Shown here: piece after piece, positions 25,408 to 35,640 of the stretch
How the letters are laid out: each line of letters begins with the position of its first letter
Position numbering within the stretch: the stretch's first letter is position 1
From: Yuukianura sp. NJ FZ-2021
Taxonomy: Eukaryota
Reading direction: 5' to 3'
Assembly (NCBI GenBank): GCA_046563655.1
Contig: CM102284.1
Coordinates: forward strand, 2,542,001 to 2,606,000
DNA: 64,000 bases
Translations under genes and position numbers: made by a program
Notes under the pieces: model-generated
What the model was told of the DNA's origin: nothing
The model's database searches: none
The model's input: the letters and a program-made list of their open reading frames with translations, nothing else

Positions 25408-26418
25408 ATGGGCAAAACTAGGAAACCAACTCAATCTGCAACGGCGACATCTACAGACTCACCTGAAGTTTTTTCATTGGTTCATCAAAGTTCAGTTCCG
25501 CGAGTACAACGGACTCAGATCACGGGAAAAGGACACCAGGGAAACAGCAGGGAAAGAGAAAAAACACAAAGGTTAGACCTCAATTACTATTAAAAAAAAC
25601 TCTCGAAATCTCACAGATTTCAAAAACAGACTTATGCATAAGTCTGTTTTACAAATAAAGTTGTAAGTTTTTCAAAGTTTTGGACAAAAAATGGTTGACG
25701 GCAGGATATACTTTGCATTACATGCGAAATTCGTCTTCAAGCATTTCTTTACGAACCTTTTGAATAATTTTTGGAATTACTTCGGAATTTAATGTAAATT
25801 TCAACTTTGAAATTTCAGTGTGAACATTGCCTTCACAGCACTTCGCACATTAATTCCAACGGAACCTGTTGATCGAAAGCTTTCCAAAATTGAAACTCTG
25901 CGCCTAGCGTCCTCCTACATTTCACATTTATCGTCTCAACTAAATTCCATAGGTGGGGATTTTTTGGTTTTTATTACAATATTTCCGAAACGAAATCTTA
26001 TAATAAAACGAGAAATGAAAAGAAGGAGTTTACATTGGTGTTTGTTTTTATTGATCTAATTTTCACTTTCACTACACTATCCACAGATCAGGCTTACTGT
26101 TCACCAGATGACACTTCTGCAGCAAATCAACACAAAGTTTGTATTTTCTGTCTATCTGAATCCAAGAAATCCGGAGTAAGTGACAATACTGAAATGTTGA
26201 CAATTCCTGTTCTGAACAATATTACTTAACATATTTATGTTAAATTAATGTGCAATAAGTTTGTTTTTATTTTAATTTTACAGAGAGCAACAATGACAGA
26301 GTGTAGTAAAGCTCCAACACCAATCAACTACCAAGATACTGCAGAAAGTAATTACGCTTTACTTGACGCTGAAACCAACGCTATCCCATTTCCAATTGTG
26401 AATAATGTGTTTTATTAA
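25408..26418 (+). CDS. Paraxis/scleraxis (TCF15/SCX)-family bHLH transcription factor; exons 25408..25571, 25819..25952, 26087..26175, 26284..26418
   Basis: The spliced product contains [47 protein letters not shown] plus the family C-terminal motif VCIFCLS. All junctions are GT-AG and in frame. Confidence 0.9.
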
Positions 26419-26931
26419 TGTAACACTAAAACGGTCATGCCTATGTTTTTTTTATATATATAACACGATTATGCTTTACTTCGGTATTTTATTAACTTAA
26501 ATCAGACTTGCATTTTCTCTTAAGTATTATTGTTAACCACGCTAACGTTATTTTGTGTATAAGCCCTTTACGTCTTAAAAACATAAAGCTATTAATATAA
26601 CTAAAGAAAAAGATTAGCGTTTTATTAATTAACACTTAAGTATAAAATGAAAAATAACCTGAAGCAAGTCTTACATTTTCAGATTGTTGTAAAATTAAAT
26701 TACGAATTAAAACAGGCATCAACTTTACATCAACAAAAAAAAATTCACAAATGAAACAAATGAAATAAGCCACTACCAGTGCAATAATTTACACACATGT
26801 TTGATTAGGTTTGTTTGTGCTTACTTATTCGTTTAGTACCATCTCGCTCATGTCTTGGCTAAATTTTTCGTAAACGTTCACGTTAGTTCAAAGTGTCAAT
26901 ATAAGTACCTTCTTTTTTGACAAATAATGAC

Positions 26932-27195
26932 TTATTCAATGTCTCCGGAAGTCATGATGAGTTTAGCCTTTTCAATGGATTCTGCTTGAATTTGTTCTAA
27001 TTTTTCCAGCGTGTATGACTTCAACGGCAAGAGCTTCGGTTTTGAAAGTACAAATGACAGCGAGTCTTCGTAGTGTAAGTAGCCTTTCTTAGGCAACAGT
27101 TCTTTAACACTGCCAGCAGAAGGCAGCGTTTCTGTGGATACTGCTCGTTTACTGGATTTTCCAGTCTTGGTTCTTTTATTATTCGAATCGGACAT
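26932..27195 (-). CDS. BBIP1: BBSome-interacting protein 1 (BBIP10)
   Basis: 87 aa containing ELLPKKG.L..ED...[19 protein letters not shown], the conserved BBIP1 core. Confidence 0.88.
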   Translation of the reverse strand: MSDSNNKRTKTGKSSKRAVSTETLPSAGSVKELLPKKGYLHYEDSLSFVLSKPKLLPLKSYTLEKLEQIQAESIEKAKLIMTSGDIE

Positions 27196-28088
27196 AGTAG
27201 TTAGTTTGTTTTAAAATAAATACAACTTTTGATTTACAACAACTAAACTACGGATTCTGCTCCTCAAAATGTTGTGACTTTGGTTTCTAAGTCACAAAAA
27301 AAAACCTAGTTGGCACATGCGAATTACTTTCTGACTATGAAATGAACTTAAATTCTCATATTGTCAAAAAGAGGTGCTTTCTCCACATGCAAATTGAATT
27401 TTCGTGATTGATCACTGATTCCGTCTAAAGAAGATCTTTTTTGTTCATTGTAAAAATTTTTAAGACACTTTAAAAATTGGAAACTAAAACTTTTCAGCAT
27501 GTCATATTTTCGTTGTTATCTCAAAATTTAAAATGGTCAAATACTCCATTCGAAATTAAGATTTACGCTACCCTTCGTCACGCAAGTCATATTTTGGTTG
27601 AAACGATTCATAGCCTAACGCAATCCGAAATAGAGTTATATTTTTTTTTTTGTAATTTTTGAAAAAATTGTTTAAAACTATTCTAGTTCGATGAGACAAA
27701 AATAAAAACATGGCTTTAAAGCTTCTTTCTTGTTTTCCAACCAAAAAGGATTAAGTGCACACAACTTTTTTTTGAAAATGTGTCCCAATTAGGATACAAT
27801 ACAAGGCATATTTTTTAGAGCAGAAAACCGAAACAGTTCTTGGAAAAGTTACCTACAAGAAAATCATGTATTGACACGTTTTTTTTAACAGAAAATGGGT
27901 TGTTTTTCGATTTAAAAAAATAGGAACGTTGCAACTAAACTTTGACTATTCAGGTTTTTTTAACTTTTCTTTAGACGAATGAACGAGTCAGCGTTCTCCT
28001 CTAATTCCTTTCTTTGAAACTTAACCGTTCAAACTCGTGTATTTTTGGAGGAGTTATGTTTGGCTAAACCTAACTCCTAAGGTTCCCC

Positions 28089-28095
28089 TATAAAA
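28089..28095 (+). promoter_or_regulatory. TATA box of the small Cys-rich secreted protein gene
   Basis: cTATAAAAAggg lies about 30 bp upstream of an initiator-like TCATCACTT and is followed by a 5'UTR intron (GT at 28221, AG at 28363-28364) just before the ATG. Confidence 0.6.
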
Positions 28096-28369
28096 AGGGC
28101 TTTGAGCACAACGTCCTTCATCACTTCTCGACAAACGTCTGACCTCCGACGACCTACATCACGCCAAGCAAGCGCTATCCAGAGAGTCACTCCATTTGAA
28201 AAACAACATTCCACTCAAAGGTAAAAGCACATTAGCAGTTGGACTACCGTTGCAAATTCTCTTTTAAAATTTGTTTTTTTTTTCAAATTTTGTTGTATTT
28301 TCCGGCAATTCAAGTAAAATCTAACTCAAACTCAGTCTAACCTAATTTTTAAATTTTTTTCTAGAACCA

Positions 28370-28642
28370 ATGTCCTACACTCGGAGAAACATGACTAAAA
28401 TTGTTCTTGCTGCCCTTGCTTTGCTCTACGTCATGGCTGTTGCAGAAGGAAGCTGGTGCAAGTGCAATGGTATTATTGGAAATAACCATATTGCACCATG
28501 CTGCTCCGAAGTTGGCTATTCAACAGTTAACCATTGGTTCAGCGGCCTCAACTGCGACGTTGGCAACAACGGAGACGCTTTGAGGTCAAAGTTCAACGAC
28601 TGTTGCAGACGACGAGCAGGCGTCGGTGGTAATTGTACTTAG
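28370..28642 (+). CDS. Small secreted cysteine-rich protein (8 Cys, CxC-CC-C-CC-C), candidate defence peptide
   Basis: Signal peptide KIVLAALALLYVMAVAEG followed by a ~63-aa mature peptide with 8 Cys. A TATA box and a 5'UTR intron lie upstream. The start could be 28370 or 28391. Confidence 0.85.
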   Translation: MSYTRRNMTKIVLAALALLYVMAVAEGSWCKCNGIIGNNHIAPCCSEVGYSTVNHWFSGLNCDVGNNGDALRSKFNDCCRRRAGVGGNCT

Positions 28643-29336
28643 GTCACGGAAATTACTATGGACATCTAAGCTTATTCTTGTCAATCGGCATTCATTTTGT
28701 ACGTAAAAATTAATGAACTTTGTAAAACTTTTCAATTTCATAAAAACTTCAAATTTCAAAATTAAAACGTCACGTCAGCTCATAATTTTGTATTTACGCC
28801 TTTGGAATTCAGTTTTTTTTTTTATTTCCAACAACTGGTTTTTTCTTATTTTGCACTTTAAACGATTGTGCACTCTAGTTCAGTCACAAGCTATGCATGT
28901 TGACATTCCCTTTGGAATATTGCAGACCATTTAAAAGTTCACAAAAATTCAAAAATTTGGTTTAAAAGTTAAGGTTCTGTTGAAACACAAGCAAAAGCAG
29001 TGTTTTGAATTTTTAAAATAAACGAAGTCAGCGATCATATTTTTTTTCCAAAAACTTTTTCAGTGCTTTGAGTTGGTATCCGTCGCATCTACCATACGGA
29101 CGTTGAAGCACAAATAAACCTTTAACAAGAAAATAAGTTCAGTACAACCGTGCTAAAATTGGCATGTGTTTTCTTTTTGTACAACAAAAAGGTTGTCAGA
29201 TTCATAATTTCCCACAATCACAATAATAGAAATAAAAAGTTTTCTTAGGAATTACTAGCTACAACTCTGCAGCGTACACATACTTCTCAAAATTTATTTG
29301 GAAATTGTAGTACTCATCAGTATGTAAGTTTGTTAG

Positions 29337-30113
29337 TCACACAAAGATCGCAAGCAACGCAGAAACGACCAAACTTGCGGCGCTTAGTATTGACCTTACA
29401 CTAGAATTAGTTTCTTGACAAGAACAAATTTTTTCGTTTCCCACTGCAAGTCTAGTACCAACTATAGTCAGTTGCGGAAGCCCAGGTTTTAGCCTCGTAG
29501 GTTCCGCTTTCCAAATTTCATATTCCTTTAACGTACAGTTTGCTTTAGATTCTGTTGCCAAACATTGTGTTCCTGCGGCACAATGATATTTCGATGCCGG
29601 AAACGTTGAAAATAGTCCTCTATTATGAAATGCAGGTCCAAGGTCAACTGGGCCGCACATGGAACCGGGAACTAACGCGCAAGACCCATTTTCAAGCTTG
29701 AAACTGCCTCTTGAGTTGACTGTTTCTGTATGGACTGCGCAGTCGCAGATTTGGTTAGAAGAACACTCTAAGTTCGCAAAAGTATTGCAGAACTTGCCTC
29801 CAATGGTGGCCATTTTCTTGAGAATTGTCAACATATTCTGGACGGAGGCGTTGTTTTCCGATGGTTTGATGAACATCATGCCGAAATTGCCCATAAGTAA
29901 TTTGTGTAGTACCTTTCGTTCCCATTCAGAACGGATGTCACAGTCCATGCCATATGTAAGAACGTTTTTAGAAATGATCTCTTCCATGTCAGCTCTGGAA
30001 GCATTTCGAAATTCTTCTTCTTCCTCAAGCGTCAAGCAAGTTGTAGGTGGAGGATGAGACAAAATGAACAATACCACAATTTGAAATAGCATTTTTGGCA
30101 CAAATTCCGCCAT
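29337..30113 (-). CDS. Secreted Cys-rich protein, probably GPI-anchored, unknown function (~258 aa)
   Basis: ATG at 30113 follows a splice acceptor near 30141. Signal peptide MLFQIVVLFILS, about 13 Cys, and a terminal hydrophobic tail after NSS. Confidence 0.7.
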   Translation of the reverse strand: MAEFVPKMLFQIVVLFILSHPPPTTCLTLEEEEEFRNASRADMEEIISKNVLTYGMDCDIRSEWERKVLHKLLMGNFGMMFIKPSENNASVQNMLTILKKMATIGGKFCNTFANLECSSNQICDCAVHTETVNSRGSFKLENGSCALVPGSMCGPVDLGPAFHNRGLFSTFPASKYHCAAGTQCLATESKANCTLKEYEIWKAEPTRLKPGLPQLTIVGTRLAVGNEKICSCQETNSSVRSILSAASLVVSALLAIFV

Positions 30114-31377
30114 GATTGTATCGGAATAAAATAGACAGATCTGAAATGTAAAGCACAAAAATAAGTTTTGGGATTGAGTTCTGCTTCAGTGTTATGTTTA
30201 AACTGAATTTTGGTTTTGGGCAAATCCAAAATACTGTACTGATACTATAGTTATTTAAAATTATTTCAATTATACCTATTGCGTGTAAGTCAGTGTAATT
30301 TGAAGAGAAATATGCTCTGTGTATTCGTTGAAGTGGAAGAATAACTAATTCAAGCATTCATCATGTTCCAGTTTGCGATTTAACTAAGGAAGAAATCTGT
30401 AATTGCCCGCTCTAAGTGGACGATGAAGGTCAAATTTTTAGCAGATGTCACGCAAGGTTAATGTTAGTACACATGCTTCACAACACAGAATCTTGTTCTT
30501 ATTTTATATATACTTACTTTTTCAAACGATAAGTTATAAAGTATTAAATTGTATTAATGTACAATAATACAAAAAGATCTAAAGCAATTCACTTCGGGGG
30601 ATGACAACGCACTTATTTATATACTCAATCGTGTCAGTCTCCAGTGGTGCATATCGTCCGTTCGTCCGTATGTCTTGGCTGGAATGATACGGTGGTCTGT
30701 GGTTGGTACAACTATTAATTAAGTAAGCAGTAAATTTATTTGTTCTTTTCTTGGTTAGATTATTGAGCGCCACAGAGTTTGATGAGGAAAGAAATTTCAT
30801 TGCTATATTAAAGTTTATGTTTCCAAAACCATAACTAATTAGAAATAATTTCAAAAATAGCTTTATACTTTTGTTATGTTTGGGTGTCGCAAGTAGCGCA
30901 CTAGAGTTTTTGGAAATGAGCTTTCGTGCTGGCCAATTTAAGGCACCCATCCGCAGTATTTTCAATTTTGGCCTCACAATGGTTAGAAACAACATCGGAC
31001 TAGATTTCAAGGGCAAATCGTCAACGTTGCTATTGCTAAGTGAAAAGTGATTTTTTTGGTAATTATTCGAATTGATTAAATTCAAGAATGATAAGCAAAT
31101 TGATATGTATTCAAGCCTTTATAGATAAAAAGTTATTGTGTTCATAACTCCGTATCAACTCAATTGTCAAGGACGTGGATGATTTCATCTTTTTCTACTT
31201 TTAGTTTTATCAGTGTATGACAATCACTGTTACTGAAAAAAGATATGAATAATGATAGCAACACATAATTATCGATGTTCAATCCTTCAACCACTACAAA
31301 TTTGAGAATTGAGCAAATTATTTGCGACTTCACTAACTGAAAGTCAACTCTCTCATTTAATTAGCTTCGTTTTCGAA

Positions 31378-34300
31378 ATGGTAACAGTTACATTTTCTGA
31401 TGTACGTAAAATCCGAATATTTTATTGTTATGATTATTTATTTCCAGAGCAATCAAACAAACTTCTTAAAAATTCACGCGCTTCTGGACAAAGTTAATGG
31501 TGTCCTACGACAACACTTTCTAAAACAATGGCGAAATGAAACCGGGGAAGATTGGAGCAACGAGTCCGTAAGTCAATTTGTCAGTGGAGTTGGAAAATGG
31601 GTGTATGGGAGTGCAGGGAGAATCCAACGAGAAGCACTGTGGTCTGGAGATGTAAATCGGTGGGATACAACACTCATCACAGATGTACTGATCCACACAC
31701 AGTTTAAGAAGTCAGTTATCAAGACGAATGAGATAAAAAAAGAAAGAAAAATTCTTCAACTCATTAAAAATGTCCGAAATCGCTTGTGTCATGACCCTTC
31801 TGTTATACGCATTGAAAATGAGCTTTTCAACAATTTGTGGGCGGATGCTGTGGAGGTTTTTGAATTTTTTGGAGGATCAATGTCAGAAATCAACATAGAC
31901 GAGACGACGATGAGTACAAACGGAAATGACGTCTTCAATATCACAGTAGGAAACCAGCTTAGGGAAGAAGAAAATGTATTGCACAAAAATGCAGTAAGCG
32001 ATGAGCCTATCCGGATGTACACAAAAGCTATATCACGCCCAGGATTATCAAATTCCGAACTTGCCATTCTATATACCTATCGTTCAGATGCTTACCTGGA
32101 ATTGTCAAAAAGCAATGAAAGTCAAATTGGAGCAGAACTTGCTTACATGGCACTTCAAGACGCTAAGGAAGCGGTAGAGCGGAACCGAACATGGTTTCAC
32201 GGTTACGAATGCGTCGGCAATGCGTACGTGGCTTTGCAGAAGTTCGACAAGGCTCTTAAGTACTTCGACGCAGCTTTTTCGTTTTGCCCTAGTCGTCCAG
32301 ATATAATCACAGCTCGAGACAACTGTCGTATGAAGATTAGTCAACGTAGAAGACAAGAAGAATTAAATCCGGCTAACACGCCCTGTACTTATGAGGAATT
32401 GGTCGATCACTTCCGGACAAGAATTGGATTTAAAGACGATGGCTCTGCCGCTAAGAAGATTTTGGACGATTCTGCAGAAATGCGTGACAAAGTTTGTTCT
32501 GGTGCGATGGAAGTTCAAGAGGCTCATAAACTCTGCCAGAGTGGAAACTATGAACTTGCGGCAAAAAAGTACTCTAAAGCTGCTACCTTGGGAAATGCAG
32601 ACGGATTGTACAACTTAGGATTATTGTATAAACATGGAAAAGGAGTTACGCAAGATTTCAAAATGTACGTTAAATTGCTGCGAAAGGCAGCTTCACAGCC
32701 ACATTTACTGCAAGGTAATCTACCAAACATAGGCGTTGTGGAAGCCGAACATTGTCTTGGACTATGTTACGATGAAGGAACTGGTGTAAAGGAAGACGGC
32801 ATTGAGGCTGCAATGTGGTACAAAAAAGCTTCAGACCACGGTAACTCTGCCGCCTTAAATAATTTGGCCTCCTTGTTCGCTCAAGGGCGTGGCGTGCCGC
32901 TGGATTTCGAAAAAGCGTTGCAATTCTGGAGGCATTCTGCGTCGCTCGGTAATGTTCTAGCTATGAATACTCTTGCCAATTACTACTTGGAATGTACACA
33001 TGATGCAACGCAAGCAGAAGAATGGCATCTTCGTGCGGTAAAGCACGGAAGCTTGGAAGCGAAGTTGAACGATGCCGATTTCAAAGAAAAATTAAACGAT
33101 TTAAAAAAGAAAAACGAACAACTGGAAGTGGAGTTGACGGAAATAGAAACCCGCATTGGCATAAATTCAAAAGGACTTGACATTTCCTCCAGAGCAGAAA
33201 ATGTACTGAATTCGGTAAGTCCTGAGAGCAGCAAAATTTGGAAAGACTTACAAAGTATACACATTCGTGTCGAGGAAAGAAGATCAAGCCCCACGACGGT
33301 CTTGAAAAGTCATAATTTTGACATCGATCAAATTAGTAAATATGCCGAGAATGGTTCGAAAACTGCCCTAGAACTAATCGAGGCGCATGAACATTTTGAG
33401 AACGGCACCCAGGCACTGATCAATCCTGGTTCATTTTATACTCTATTTATGAACGAAGAAAGCGTTCAACATTGGATGATGTTTCATTTTTCTGAGTGCT
33501 GCAGGATAGCACCGATTGTGGTCCAACTACCTCAATTTATACATTCCAAATTGTTAAAACTTGTGGATAAGGTACTGAAGTCGCTGGATCCAAATGAACG
33601 TTCGGATTTGGACAGATGGACTAGAATGTGTTACGCTTATTTGAATCCCAACAACTTCGAGCATTGCCTAGAGTTTGCAAAATGTTCTCAACTCAAGTAT
33701 CCAGAAGAAATTTGTTTTCATAGAGCGCATGTCTCTATGCTAGGGTTTCTCAAGAGATATGATGAAGGCGCAAGTGAAGGAAATAAGTCATTGGAGCAGT
33801 TTCCAAACGATCCTGAATTATTATTTTCCAGGGCAGCACACATGAGACTAGTTAAAATTCCAAACATTGGCGACGTCATTGCGGCATATGAACAGTTTAT
33901 TTGCGCTGCTCCCCCCGACCACCGCAAGGTTCCGGAAGCCTACTACTCAATAGCCAACATGTATATTCTGAAGCTCCGCGAAACTGCAGGAAGTAATTTG
34001 GAATATGCTGCTAAAGTCGAAGAATTCTATCAAAAGGGGATGGATGCTGAAGGTATTCAGCTTCCGTGCTTTCCTACTTCCGATTGCACAGCGAAGGATT
34101 TGCTTGTACAAGTCGGTCTTAAACTAATTCGAAATCGTGCTTCGACTATGAACCAGCCTGGCTCTACCACAAATGTTAAAAGCGCCGTTTCTCCAGAATC
34201 AGCACGACAGAGGATATACACAAAACTTGACAAGAGTCGTGTCAAAAAACTGACAGACGGTAACCGAGTATTTCACATTAAAGCACACCGGAGGACATTT

Positions 34301-34888
34301 GCGGAACTTCAAATCATGTTGAAAAGTCCTGAATTTACTAAATATAACATAACGAATACGCATTCTAATGCAAAAAAGCAGAAATTTTCCACGTTGCAAA
34401 CTGGCTTTAAGGAAATTACCTTCAACGAAATGGAATCGTGCGGAGCCAATGTCTATGAAGGGTTTGCTGTTGAAGTGACAAGCATTGAAGACCCCTGCGG
34501 ATTGGTAGTTTTTCCATCTATTCAGCTTGCGCTGGAAGATAAAAACACAAATGTCATGCGAGCCTTTGTGTACAATTTTTCTAACAGCGATCCAAAAGTT
34601 ATCGAGGAAACTCTTGGCTTTGGTGCAAAATTTACTATTCTGAATCCTGATATGCGTTTGGCATCTGATGGATTATTTGGAATTCGAGTCGACGACGTTT
34701 CTATGCTAGTTATGCACAGCCCCGGCAGAGTGGAAAATAAATGTCGTTTCTGTTTAGCAGAAAACCCTCCCGTACGTTGTGGAAGATGTAAACGAGCTAG
34801 TTACTGTAACGCAGATTGCCAAAAGTATGATTGGAAAATTCTAGAGCACAAATTGGTTTGTTTGAAGGTAAAACAAAACAAAAATTAA
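31378..34888 (+). CDS. Multidomain protein: DZIP3-type HEPN-like domain, TPR, Sel1-like repeats, TPR-like region, beta-rich domain, MYND zinc finger (~1150 aa)
   Basis: 3.4-kb open frame from the acceptor at 31447, with a likely start ATG at 31378. WDTTLI...RNRLCH...LW (HEPN-like); TPR GNAYVALQKFDKALKYF; Sel1 repeats YNLGLLYKHGKGV, LGLCYDEGTGV and NNLASLFAQGRGV; MYND CRFC..CGRCKRASYCNADCQKYDW..HKLVC. Confidence 0.85.
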
Positions 34889-35640
34889 TTTCAGAGTTTC
34901 TAAATTTTTGGTTTTGTGCTTTGTTTTTCGTTTTCAGTTATTTTTTCTTCGATACAATTAAGTTTAACTATGCCGAGACTAACAGTTACAAACAATGACA
35001 CTGAACTGTACGTTAGAAAATTTATATCGCTTTGTCGAAGCAATAGTTTCTGCTGGTAGTGTATAACAGTAGAGAACATTCCGCAATGTTTAAGGTGTAT
35101 ATAATTTGTAATTTAATATAATTCACACATGATTTCTTAATAACAAGGCTGACAGAAGCAATGCTGTATGTGGATGAGTCATCTATATATATAATGTACC
35201 AGGAATGCGAAGTTTGTCAAATTTCTGATTTCTGCAATCAATAAAATTTGTTCCATGAGATTTATCAAATATGTTCAGCGCCAATAAAACCAATTTCTGC
35301 GTCTACATAAAATTTCGGTGCATGTCATCCTAATTATGTAACTGTTTCATTCAAGTGGTAGTACGGGTATTAGCATTGAAAGTTTTGTTGATTAATAATC
35401 ATAGAAAAATGAGATTGAGTTGTTATTATAAAAAAAAAATATTGTTATATAGTTTACTTCCGTAGTGAAGTCTTTAAACTCCCCAGCTTTCGTTATTATT
35501 TTATTTAAAGAAAAAACACCTATGTTAGTTAACTGATCTTTACAAAATCTAAAGCTGTTACTCTCGAAAAAGTGAGCATTTCACTTGCTGTTTTGCATAA
35601 ATTTTTAAATTGATTATGGAACGGAAATATGCGTTATCCA

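Noticed and set aside
30579-31085. 168-aa minus-strand ORF with a faint LRR-like stretch (PKLKILRM)
   Set aside because: Non-ATG start and low-information composition; I could not build a consistent gene model. It may be a gene remnant.
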